In this document: positions 8,485 through 16,306 of the stretch, in pieces | Position numbering within the stretch: the first letter of the stretch is position 1 | How the letters are laid out: every line of letters begins with the position of its first letter | NCBI GenBank assembly: GCA_964637725.1 | Contig: CAZWXH010000001.1 | Coordinates: forward strand, 1 to 52,932 | Source: an uncultured Coprobacillus sp. | Lineage (GTDB): Bacteria > Bacillota_I > Bacilli_A > Erysipelotrichales > Coprobacillaceae | DNA: 52,932 nt | Direction: 5' to 3' | Made by a program: the position numbers and the translations under genes | The notes under the pieces: model-generated | Seen by the model: only the letters and a program-made list of their open reading frames with translations | Databases searched by the model: none | Told to the model about the DNA's origin: nothing

Positions 8485-8895
8485 TTATATATCTTTGCTT
8501 TCAAATGGTTTATTCCACGAACCTATCTCAATTAAATTACCCTCAGGGTCAGCTATATAACAGGTCCTTTGTCCCCAAGGTTCTGTTGTAGGTTCAAGCA
8601 CTGATGTTGCACCATTGATAATTGCCTTTCTAAATTCCATATCCACTTCTTCAAACGTATCAACATAAAGTGCAATTTCCGAATGTCCATTTAATCCTTT
8701 AACATATTCGTATTTCTTGTTTGTCATATTTTCAAAATCTGTTCGTCCATAGAGTAAGAACAATGTGCCATCCTTAACTAAATACACATTTGATGTGTTT
8801 TCGCTTTCTTTTATATCAAAGCCTAATACATCTCTATAAAAACGAATCATAGTTCCCATATCATTTACTAATAGACCAATACCATCTAATCTCAT
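8485..8895 (-). CDS. VOC / glyoxalase-bleomycin resistance-dioxygenase superfamily protein
   Basis: 136 aa. Contains FYRDVLGF and ADPEGNLIEI motifs characteristic of the VOC fold. Confidence 0.7.
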   Translation of the reverse strand: MRLDGIGLLVNDMGTMIRFYRDVLGFDIKESENTSNVYLVKDGTLFLLYGRTDFENMTNKKYEYVKGLNGHSEIALYVDTFEEVDMEFRKAIINGATSVLEPTTEPWGQRTCYIADPEGNLIEIGSWNKPFESKDI

Positions 8896-9079
8896 ATAAG
8901 GTCACCTCCTAAATCAATACAAATTTATTGTCTTTCTTACTATTATCTCTTCTTTCGAGCAAATATTTCAATACTGTAGTCTATATCTACCTCGTACAAT
9001 CTAAAATGTTTGCTCAAATACTCGCATATCATAAATTTGATAGGATTAATTTATTTCTCGCTCTGCTCTAATGACATGG

Positions 9080-9571
9080 TTAGAAGCCAATTTTCACCCT
9101 GTTTTTCTTTCTTTTGTATATGGTCCGAGTGAATTTCATATCTTCCCCACCAGTCTGACCAACGTATATATCAAAATCATCTAGGTCAAACTCCGGAAAA
9201 AATACATCTCCCATATCCACAATTGTATCAATTTCAGTAATATACATTATATCTACCATGGGAAGTGCTTCCTTAAATAGACCATATCCTCCTGCTATAT
9301 AAATATTTTCATTATTTGCTGTATTTAATGCTTCACTCAACGAAGTAGCTGTAGTCAAATTTTCTCCAATAAAATTCTTTTTTCTAGATACGACAATATT
9401 CTTACGATTAGGAAGCGGATGACCTATTTCCTCGTAGGATTTTCGTCCCATTATAACGGTATTTCCTATTGTGAGTTCACGAAATTGTTGCTGTTCACCT
9501 TTTATTTTCCAAGGTATTTTTCCTTGTTTACCAATTACATTATTTTTCGAACGCGCTACTATTAATCCAAT
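9080..9571 (-). CDS. dfrF: Dihydrofolate reductase, DfrF-like (candidate trimethoprim-insensitive DHFR)
   Basis: MIGLIVARSKNNVIGK..IPWKIKGEQ..FRELT..VIMGRKSYEEIGHPLPNR..GGYGLFKEAL is a DHFR signature. The N-terminal ~60 aa closely resembles DfrF as I remember it; the C-terminal half diverges. Start moved to 9571 (GAGG RBS 9 nt upstream); the track start at 9601 lies at the predicted TSS. Confidence 0.8.
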   Translation of the reverse strand: MGLIVARSKNNVIGKQGKIPWKIKGEQQQFRELTIGNTVIMGRKSYEEIGHPLPNRKNIVVSRKKNFIGENLTTATSLSEALNTANNENIYIAGGYGLFKEALPMVDIMYITEIDTIVDMGDVFFPEFDLDDFDIYVGQTGGEDMKFTRTIYKRKKNRVKIGF

Positions 9572-9606
9572 CATTTTTTTAACCTCGCTTGTAAAATCCA
9601 TTTTCC

Positions 9607-9635
9607 ATTATAATAGTTTATAAATAATCTCCAAA
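9607..9635 (-). promoter_or_regulatory. Possible promoter for the dfr gene
   Basis: Minus strand has TATAAT at 9607-9612 and a weak -35 (TTTGGA) 17 nt upstream. Confidence 0.3.
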
Positions 9636-9711
9636 CCTAACCTAGAAGTTTTTCTTCTAGATTATGTTTTTCGTCTAAACTTATTTTATCATTTTCTATT
9701 AAATAATTCTA

Positions 9712-11115
9712 CTAAATCATCCCAAAATGCACCAGCGCATCCCTAATCGCCTTTTCTTTCTCCGTCGGACACTTCGGCTGCTTTGCATTCTCTGATTTAG
9801 GCTTATTAAAACTTTCTCCAACTTCGATTCCACATTTCTTTTTTACTTGTGCAATATAAAGATTTGATACCATCAATCCTGTTTCTTTTAGCACATATTG
9901 CTGAATCTCATTATAGGTAGCCTTCGTCTCCGCACTGGTTGCATCCAGCTCATCCAAGTTCAAATCCACCTCTATATGATGATCTGCTTTTAGTTGGGAC
10001 AAAAGAACTACCGTCTCAACATGTTCAGTTTGAGGAAACATATCATATAAATATATATCTTCAAACTTATATCCGATTCTTTCAAAATCCTTTAAATCCC
10101 TTGCTTGTGTTGAAGGATCACAAGAGACATAAACAACATTAAGTGGATTTAATATCTTGATTGCATTAATAAAATCACTTGTACTTCCTGCACGAGGAGG
10201 ATCCATAATTACACTATCGATATGTATGTTAGAAGATGCCATATCACGCATAAACTCAGTAGCATCTTTATTTTTAAATTGAATATTTTGGATCTTGTTC
10301 ATCTTAGCATTTAAAATAGCATCTTGATAAGCTTGTGTATTCAATTCTACTCCAATGACTTGTTTAACATGTTTCGCCACTATTAATCCAATAGTTCCAA
10401 TTCCACAATATGTATCCAAGACCACATCTGTTTCTTTAGGATTTAACAATTCAATGACCTTATTATATAGATGAGTACATTGTTCATGGTTAATTTGATA
10501 GAAAGATTGTGCAGATATTTTAAATGATAATCCACATAATTTATCAACAATAAAACCTTTTCCATACAATACTTTTTCTTGTGAAGATAAAACAACACTG
10601 GTCTTTCTTTTATTAATATTCATTAAAACAGTTTGTACTGTTGGACACTTCTTAATGAGTTCCTGACAAAAGTTTTTAGATCCCTTCATATTATCTTCAG
10701 TAGTGACTAAACAGACAAGCGTTTGATTAGTTACTATAGCACGTCTAATTAAAACATATTTTAAGAAACCCTTGTTTCTTTTTTCATCATATATTGAGAC
10801 TCTATATCTTTTTAATAATGATTGGATTTGATTAAGTACTTGATGTGTCACTTCATCATGTAATAAACATTGTTCCATTGGAACAATATTATGTGATGAT
10901 TCTTCATACATACCATAAAGATATTGAGCATTAAATGCTACGATAACTTTATTTCTATATTGATAAGGATGTTGCATACCATTTACTGGATGAACATTCA
11001 CTTGAAATGATTGAAATAACTTTTGACAATATTCTCTTTTTTCTAAAAGTTGTTTAGAGTAATCAATATGAATATATTGACAACTTCCACACTTTTTATA
11101 TATAGGACAATCCAT
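9712..11115 (-). CDS. TRAM-less 23S rRNA (uracil-5-)-methyltransferase (RumA/RlmCD family). The 3' end is chimeric with element DNA.
   Basis: N-terminal Fe-S cysteines (CPIYKKCGSC..C). SAM motif LDTYCGIGTIG. DPPRAG and catalytic SCDP..DMFPQTEHVE. After ..VVLLSQLK the ORF continues for ~90 aa of unrelated sequence in higher-GC DNA. Confidence 0.85.
   Translation of the reverse strand: MDCPIYKKCGSCQYIHIDYSKQLLEKREYCQKLFQSFQVNVHPVNGMQHPYQYRNKVIVAFNAQYLYGMYEESSHNIVPMEQCLLHDEVTHQVLNQIQSLLKRYRVSIYDEKRNKGFLKYVLIRRAIVTNQTLVCLVTTEDNMKGSKNFCQELIKKCPTVQTVLMNINKRKTSVVLSSQEKVLYGKGFIVDKLCGLSFKISAQSFYQINHEQCTHLYNKVIELLNPKETDVVLDTYCGIGTIGLIVAKHVKQVIGVELNTQAYQDAILNAKMNKIQNIQFKNKDATEFMRDMASSNIHIDSVIMDPPRAGSTSDFINAIKILNPLNVVYVSCDPSTQARDLKDFERIGYKFEDIYLYDMFPQTEHVETVVLLSQLKADHHIEVDLNLDELDATSAETKATYNEIQQYVLKETGLMVSNLYIAQVKKKCGIEVGESFNKPKSENAKQPKCPTEKEKAIRDALVHFGMI
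9975..10010. other. Approximate element/chromosome junction (att-derived site) within the methyltransferase ORF
   Basis: The conserved methyltransferase C-terminus (HVETVVLLS) ends here. The intact paralog at 41513 stops 5 residues after the equivalent position. Base composition changes here by eye. Confidence 0.5.
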
Positions 11116-11150
11116 ATAACACCTCTTTCATAAAAAGATTATGACATCTA

Positions 11151-11187
11151 AAAACAAAAAAGTAAAAGCTTTTTTTGCTTTTACTTT
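11151..11187 (-). terminator. Intrinsic terminator about 40 nt upstream of the rumA-like start
   Basis: Minus-strand AGUAAAAGC-aaaaaaa-GCUUUUACU (9-bp stem) followed by UUUUUUGUUUUU. Confidence 0.7.
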
Positions 11188-11270
11188 CCTTTCATACAAA
11201 ATTGGTGAGAAAAGGAATAAATATAAGGAATGAAGAATCTTCCAACTTTGTATAAAAGATTAATATGTAA

Positions 11271-11293
11271 ATAAAAAGGCATAGAATATGCCC
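11271..11293 (-). terminator. Intrinsic terminator (expression platform of the riboswitch-like element; also the first strong terminator downstream of the MATE gene)
   Basis: Minus-strand GGGCAUA-uuc-UAUGCCU followed by UUUUAUUU. Confidence 0.65.
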
Positions 11294-11299
11294 TTATTT

Positions 11300-11395
11300 C
11301 CAATAATGTTGATTGGCAACTGGCTGTCATTCTTAAGTAAGATTAGACCCTTTAGCTTTGCGTCACTACTTTTCAGTAGTTTTGCTATTTACATA
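11300..11395 (-). promoter_or_regulatory. c-di-GMP-I (GEMM-I)-like riboswitch aptamer
   Basis: Minus-strand RNA: AGCAAAAC-ACUACU-GAAA-AGUAGU-GACGCAAAGC-UAAAGGGUC..UCUU-acuu-AAGA..GAC-AGCCAGUUGCC. It shares with the class I consensus (Vc2-type) the GCAAA element, a GNRA-capped hairpin, the invariant GACGCAAAGC, a second hairpin and the closing AGC..GUUxCC. Confidence 0.65.
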
Positions 11396-11404
11396 TCTGT
11401 TTAT

Positions 11405-11413
11405 ATTATAACA
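11405..11413 (-). promoter_or_regulatory. Extended -10 promoter (TGtTATAAT) driving the riboswitch-like RNA
   Basis: Minus strand reads CAGTGTTATAATA. The predicted TSS is ~11398, just 5' of the aptamer. Confidence 0.45.
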
Positions 11414-11459
11414 CTGTCCTATTAAAATGATAGTGTTTTTAACAAAAATCACATTTTTT

Positions 11460-12785
11460 TTACACCAGTTGTCGATTCATCCATTTTCCATTATGATACC
11501 TAATCGCAAAGAATATACATCTTACACCCCAGTCTACAAACATAGCAATCCAAACACCAAGTAATCCTAGATTCATATATCTTCCTAATACATAACTTAA
11601 GAAAAATCTAAATGTCCACATAGAAGCAGCTGATACAATCATCGTGAATTTTGCATCATTAGCAGCACGTAATGCATTTGGGAATGTAAAAGAAATTGGC
11701 CATATGATAATACCGATAATAATGTGTAAAACAATACATTGATAAGCAAGTTCTGTTGTTTGTGATGATAATGAATAGAATGTTAATAGTTTTGGAACGA
11801 TAAACAAAACAGCAATATTCAAAACAAACATAGAAAGATAAGATATCTTCATTAATTTCTTAATATAATATTTTGCTTGTTTATAATCATTAGCTCCTAC
11901 ACACTGTCCGACAACAGTTACCATAGCAAGTCCTAAAGCACTGCCAGGAATAATCAGCAATGAACATACATTATTAGAAACCGCATTTGCGGCAATGGAA
12001 TAAGTTCCAAATGTAGCTATTAATCCTTGAACAAGAATCTTTCCAAATTGAAACATCCCATTTTCTAAACCTGAGGGAATTCCAATAGATAAAATCTTCT
12101 TTAAATATATCCATTCAAATTTCCATTTAAGAAAGTGTTCAACTCTAATATGTTCTTGGCTACGTGATAAAACAAATAAAACAACAATACATGCAACTGC
12201 TCTAGCAATCAATGTTGCTAAAACAGCACCAAAGACTCCCCAACCAAAATAAAAAATAAACAATGCATTTAAAACTATATTAATAGCATTCATAAGGGCA
12301 CTATTAACCATTGCTACCTTAGAGTTTCCAACCGCCCTAAACAAAGCCGCACCAGAGTTATATAAAGCTATAAAAGGATATGATAAAGCTGAAAAGAAAA
12401 AGTATATCTTGGCATTCTCCATAACTGCACTATCAACATGTCCAAATATCATTTCTAATAATTGTTGATTAAATATAACAACAACAATCATAATAAAAAA
12501 AGATAAAACAGCGGTAATAAGAATCAATTGTTTCGCTGATATTCTTGCTTTTTCATTAGCCTTTTGACCAATAAATTGAGCAGCAACTACAGCCCCACCG
12601 GTTCCTAAAGCCGCAAATATATTAATTAATAATAAATTAATACCGTCCACTAATGAAACAGCAGAAACAGCTGCCTCACCTACGCTTGATACCATGATTG
12701 TATCAGCAAATCCGACCATCACAACTAATATTTGTTCAATGATTAAAGGAATAATTAATCTTTTTAATGCTTGATTCGAAAACAT
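11460..12785 (-). CDS. MATE family efflux transporter
   Basis: 441 aa, ~12 TM segments. N-terminus ALKRLIIPLIIEQILVVMVGFADTIMVS is typical of MATE (NorM/DinF-like) proteins. Confidence 0.85.
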   Translation of the reverse strand: MFSNQALKRLIIPLIIEQILVVMVGFADTIMVSSVGEAAVSAVSLVDGINLLLINIFAALGTGGAVVAAQFIGQKANEKARISAKQLILITAVLSFFIMIVVVIFNQQLLEMIFGHVDSAVMENAKIYFFFSALSYPFIALYNSGAALFRAVGNSKVAMVNSALMNAINIVLNALFIFYFGWGVFGAVLATLIARAVACIVVLFVLSRSQEHIRVEHFLKWKFEWIYLKKILSIGIPSGLENGMFQFGKILVQGLIATFGTYSIAANAVSNNVCSLLIIPGSALGLAMVTVVGQCVGANDYKQAKYYIKKLMKISYLSMFVLNIAVLFIVPKLLTFYSLSSQTTELAYQCIVLHIIIGIIIWPISFTFPNALRAANDAKFTMIVSAASMWTFRFFLSYVLGRYMNLGLLGVWIAMFVDWGVRCIFFAIRYHNGKWMNRQLV

Positions 12786-12827
12786 AATAAACCTTCTTTC
12801 CCCGTTAAGACTATTATAGACTACATT

Positions 12828-13568
12828 CTATAAAAGACATTGTTCTTTCATTTTATGAAACTCTGACTTAGTTAATTGACGATATTCTCCCTCTTTTAAA
12901 TGTTCATCTAATAATAAATTACCAAAAGATATTCTCTTTAGTTCTTTAACTTCATTAAAACAAGATAAAAACATCTTTTTTATTTGATGATATTTACCTT
13001 CATAGATAGTAACATAACAATGATTCTCATCAATGATTTCTAGTTTTGAAGAGCGACACTTAATGTTTTTATCAATAATGACACCCTCTTCAAACTTCTT
13101 TATAATAGATTTATCTAACTTATTCTTTGTCGTTACATAATATGTTTTTTCAATATGATTATCAGGTAATAATAATTTCTTAATTATTGAGACATCATTG
13201 GTTAATAGTAATAAGCCTGTAGTCTCTTTATCTAAACGACCAATACACTTACATTGTTTATCTACGAGATCAACAACACAAGGATAATGTTTATCAAAAT
13301 TTGCACATACATACCCTTTAGGTTTATTTAACATATAATATACAAATGGTTGAGAATTTACTTTTTTCTCATCTACGTAGATAGCATCATTATGATGAAC
13401 TTGATACATTGGATTATCAACAACACCCCCATTAACAACAACATGTTTATGCTTGATTAATGTTTTACATTCCTTAACATTTCCTAAATTATTCTTCATC
13501 AATATATAATATAAATCTTTAATGAGAATTCCTTCCTCTCCAACAATCATTTGATCTTTCATTCCCAT
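12828..13568 (-). CDS. Pseudouridine synthase, RsuA/RluB family (S4 domain + catalytic domain)
   Basis: Catalytic motif GRLDKETTGLLLLTND. An S4-like N-terminus is present. The exact start is uncertain (Met at 13568, 13562 or 13550). Confidence 0.85.
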   Translation of the reverse strand: MGMKDQMIVGEEGILIKDLYYILMKNNLGNVKECKTLIKHKHVVVNGGVVDNPMYQVHHNDAIYVDEKKVNSQPFVYYMLNKPKGYVCANFDKHYPCVVDLVDKQCKCIGRLDKETTGLLLLTNDVSIIKKLLLPDNHIEKTYYVTTKNKLDKSIIKKFEEGVIIDKNIKCRSSKLEIIDENHCYVTIYEGKYHQIKKMFLSCFNEVKELKRISFGNLLLDEHLKEGEYRQLTKSEFHKMKEQCLL

Positions 13569-13803
13569 TATTCTTTACAACAATACAAACTTCACTACCC
13601 CTAGCATAGTTAGGTTCATTGATGAGAATATCTTGTAAAACCGATAAACGTTTATGTCCATCAATACAGTAGTACTGATCATTGACAATATCAACTTGAA
13701 TAGGAAAAGAAAAACCAATTCTCTTTATCGAATTATATAATTCTTGATTATAATCAAGATAATTAAATTTTATTTTAGAAATGTCTGTTTTAATAATACG
13801 CAT
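13519..13803 (-). CDS. Small ParB N-terminal/sulfiredoxin-like domain protein
   Basis: IKTDISKI..YCIDGHKRLSVL resembles the ParB-like nuclease/NTPase domain core. Start moved to 13803 (GGAGG RBS). The 3' end overlaps the pseudouridine synthase start by at least 32 nt. Confidence 0.5.
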   Translation of the reverse strand: MRIIKTDISKIKFNYLDYNQELYNSIKRIGFSFPIQVDIVNDQYYCIDGHKRLSVLQDILINEPNYARGSEVCIVVKNNGNERSNDCWRGRNSH

Positions 13804-13910
13804 TGATAATACCTCCAATGTGATTATAACATTATTTTTACTAGAAGAGAAAGTATTATCATCAAAGTCTTTTTCGTGATATAATAAGAGCATATATAGG
13901 AGGTTAGCAA

Positions 13911-14660
13911 ATGAATATATTATTAAGTCGTATACTTACATATTTAAATGGAACTCTCTTTCATGATTATCATTATAAAATCTGTACCTTTATTATCTTC
14001 AATTATTTAGAAATGGAAGATATGAGCGAAGAAGAGTTTTTAGAAAAAGGTTGTTTTAAAAAAGAAGAACTCTATTCTTTTATAGCATTATTAGGTTTTA
14101 ACCAATATGAAGAATTTAGAGAAACTCTTTTTAATCATTATCAAACAAGACTAAACCAAATTAGAGTCAGAATGGTTGGGGTTGATACCAGAGATTATAT
14201 TCAAAAGATGGATAAAGATTGTACTGATGAAGAAATGGAAAAGACTATTTCTGAAATTTGTAAAAAATTATATAAAGCAAAAAGAATTATTGTATTTGGT
14301 GCTTTGTACCCTATTTCTATTGCGATTGAACTTCAAACTGATATGATTACTTTTGGTAAACCATTTATTCAATACCATAATTATGATCCAATTGTTATGG
14401 ATGAAAATGATGTTGCGATTGTGATTAGTGCAACCGGAAGATTCTTAGAAGGATTTAAGAAATCCAAAGAAGATGTTCATATTGAAAAAGCCCAACAAAT
14501 ATTAATTACGCAAAATAAAAAGTATATAACTAGTGAATCAACAGATAATTGTAAAGTTATTTATGTTCCTGGTAAATTTGATAGTATTAACTTCAACTAT
14601 CAAATTATGACTATCTGTGATTTAATTCGTTTACATTATTTTCAACAATATTATTTATAA
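13911..14660 (+). CDS. MurR/RpiR-family-like transcriptional regulator (HTH_6 + SIS-like domain)
   Basis: The N-terminal pattern (..ICTFIIFNYLE..MSEEEFLEKGCF..LYSFIALLGFNQYEEFR) matches the RpiR HTH layout. The C-terminal IIVFGA..VAIVISATGR is SIS-like. Confidence 0.55.
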   Translation: MNILLSRILTYLNGTLFHDYHYKICTFIIFNYLEMEDMSEEEFLEKGCFKKEELYSFIALLGFNQYEEFRETLFNHYQTRLNQIRVRMVGVDTRDYIQKMDKDCTDEEMEKTISEICKKLYKAKRIIVFGALYPISIAIELQTDMITFGKPFIQYHNYDPIVMDENDVAIVISATGRFLEGFKKSKEDVHIEKAQQILITQNKKYITSESTDNCKVIYVPGKFDSINFNYQIMTICDLIRLHYFQQYYL

Positions 14661-14681
14661 GAAGCATTTGCTTCTTTTTTT
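14661..14681 (+). terminator. Intrinsic terminator after the RpiR-like gene
   Basis: GAAGCA-tt-TGCTTC followed by TTTTTTT. Confidence 0.6.
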
Positions 14682-14759
14682 ATTAAATATAAGAATTTTT
14701 TATTAAATGATAATTTTTTTCGAAATATAAGCAAAGATAGTAGAAATCTGATGAAAAAG

Positions 14760-14768
14760 TGTTATAAT
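14760..14768 (+). promoter_or_regulatory. Extended -10 promoter (TGtTATAAT) upstream of purC
   Basis: TGTTATAAT lies about 30 nt upstream of the purC ATG, with the GGAGG RBS in between. Confidence 0.4.
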
Positions 14769-14797
14769 GATTACGTTATTCAAGATGGAGGTATAAG

Positions 14798-15481
14798 ATG
14801 AAGAAAACATACGAAGGTAAAACAAAAGATGTATATGAATTAGATAACGGAAACGTTGTGTTAAAATTCAAAGATGATTGTACTGGTAAAGATGGAGTTT
14901 TTGATCCAGGTGAAAACACTGTTGGATTAACTATTGATGGTATCGGGAAAGCAAACCTTGAAACTTCAGTTCATTTCTTTGAAATCTTAAAAGATGCGGG
15001 AATTAAGACTCATTATGTTGATGCTAATATTGATGATGCAACAATGGAAGTACTTCCAGCAAAAGTATTCGGTAAAGGTTTAGAAGTAATCTGTCGTTTA
15101 GTTGCTACAGGAAGCTTTATTCGTCGTTATGGTTCATTAATTGAAGATGGTACTGAATTAACTGGTGGATTAGTAGAATGTACATTAAAAGATGATGATA
15201 ATGGAGATCCATTAATTACTAAAGATGCTTTAGTTGCATTAAATGTTATGTCAGCTTCTCAATATGATAGTTTAAAAGAACAAACATTAAAAATTACTCA
15301 AATTGTTGCTGATGATTTAAAATCAAAAGGATTAAAACTTTATGATATTAAATTTGAATTTGGATACAATAATGATGAAGTCATCTTAATTGATGAAATT
15401 GCATCAGGAAATATGCGTGTATATAAAGATGGTAAAATTGTTGAACCTGTTGATTTAACAAACTTTATCTTAAACAAATAA
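14798..15481 (+). CDS. purC: Phosphoribosylaminoimidazole-succinocarboxamide (SAICAR) synthase
   Basis: [22 protein letters not shown] and LIDEI motifs. Size is 227 aa. Confidence 0.85.
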   Translation: MKKTYEGKTKDVYELDNGNVVLKFKDDCTGKDGVFDPGENTVGLTIDGIGKANLETSVHFFEILKDAGIKTHYVDANIDDATMEVLPAKVFGKGLEVICRLVATGSFIRRYGSLIEDGTELTGGLVECTLKDDDNGDPLITKDALVALNVMSASQYDSLKEQTLKITQIVADDLKSKGLKLYDIKFEFGYNNDEVILIDEIASGNMRVYKDGKIVEPVDLTNFILNK

Positions 15482-15489
15482 AAAAAAGA

Positions 15490-15513
15490 GGCTGTGGAAT
15501 ATTTTCCATAGCC
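15490..15513. terminator. Bidirectional terminator between purC and the ABC ATPase gene
   Basis: GGCTGTGGAA-tatt-TTCCATAGCC, flanked by an A-run upstream and T-rich sequence downstream. Confidence 0.65.
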
Positions 15514-15517
15514 TTTC

Positions 15518-16306
15518 TTATTGTTTTAATAAAATACGATCGTTATAATCATGAGTTGAAGATGAATATAAATGAATTAATTCATCAACACTCATTTTTT
15601 CTCTTTCTTTACCTTCTACAACTGCGATAATTTGACCATCTTTCATGATCATTGTTTTGTTACCATACTTAAGAGCATCTTCCATGTTATGAGTAATCAT
15701 TAATGTTGTAATTTGATGTTCATTAACAAGTTTAGATGATATATTCAATACTTTTTGAGCAGTCTTAGGATCTAAGGCAGCTGTATGTTCATCAAGTAAT
15801 AATAATTCAGGAGTAACATAAGTTGCCATTAAAAGCGTTAAGGCTTGGCGTTGACCACCAGATAAAGTATTAACTTTAACATCTAGTCTATCTTCTAATC
15901 CTAAGTCTAATTCTTTTAAAGCTTTTTTAAATGAATCTCTTTGTTTATGAGAAAATACTGAAAGACTAAAATGTTTTCCTCTTTGTGATGATAAGATAAG
16001 ATTTTCCTCAATTGTCATAGAGGGTGCTGTCCCTTTTAAAGGATCTTGGAATAATCTTCCAATAAAAGAAGAACGTTTATACTCTGGCATATTTGAGAGA
16101 TCTTGACCGTTTAATAGCACTTGACCAGAAGTCATGTCTACAGCTCCAGATATACTTTGAAATAAAGTTGATTTCCCAGCCCCATTGCTTCCGATAATAG
16201 TGACAAAATCACCTTTTTCTAAAGTCAGATTAATTGATGAAAGAGCAACTTTCTCATTAACTGTTCCTTCGTTAAAAACGACGGAAACATCTTTAAGTTC
16301 TAACAT
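15518..16306 (-). CDS. ABC transporter ATP-binding protein
   Basis: Walker A GSNGAGKST, signature LSGGQRQ, Walker B LLLLDE. Confidence 0.9.
   Translation of the reverse strand: MLELKDVSVVFNEGTVNEKVALSSINLTLEKGDFVTIIGSNGAGKSTLFQSISGAVDMTSGQVLLNGQDLSNMPEYKRSSFIGRLFQDPLKGTAPSMTIEENLILSSQRGKHFSLSVFSHKQRDSFKKALKELDLGLEDRLDVKVNTLSGGQRQALTLLMATYVTPELLLLDEHTAALDPKTAQKVLNISSKLVNEHQITTLMITHNMEDALKYGNKTMIMKDGQIIAVVEGKEREKMSVDELIHLYSSSTHDYNDRILLKQ

Larger units (their letters stand above)
1..9996. mobile_element. Integrated mobilizable element (serine recombinase + MobC/relaxase + cargo). One end is at ~9996 inside a rumA-like gene; the other end is beyond the window start.
   Basis: Recombinase, mobilization and cargo genes are contiguous. 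G+C is visibly higher over 1-7740 and 9712-9996 than in the flanking chromosome. The methyltransferase ORF switches from conserved sequence to unrelated tail at ~9996. Confidence 0.7.

Noticed and set aside
7561-9068. Exact 11-mers recurring within the element (TCGCTCTGCTC at 7561 and 9058; TGCTCAAATAC at 7908 and 9011), possibly marking cargo cassette boundaries
   Set aside because: Hundreds of chance 11-mer repeats are expected in a 53-kb window, and the flanking sequence is not similar. They are not reportable without a statistical test.
9939-10142. 67-aa plus-strand ORF across the element/chromosome junction
   Set aside because: It is antisense to the methyltransferase ORF and has no RBS. 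It spans two unrelated DNA segments by chance.
11191-11270. 17-codon TTG-initiated ORF (MEDSSFLIFIPFLTNFV) between the two terminators downstream of the riboswitch-like RNA
   Set aside because: It has no Shine-Dalgarno and a non-ATG start. Its hydrophobic sequence is typical of random AT-rich DNA, so I treated the interval as non-coding.
13804-13893. N-terminal 30-residue extension of the ParB-like ORF in the track
   Set aside because: The internal ATG at 13803 has a canonical GGAGG RBS. The extension lies in the divergent promoter region shared with the RpiR-like gene.
14682-14797. Looked for a purine riboswitch or other leader upstream of the isolated purC
   Set aside because: Only ~30 nt separate the extended -10 element from the start codon. 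There is no room for an aptamer and no conserved purine-riboswitch motifs.
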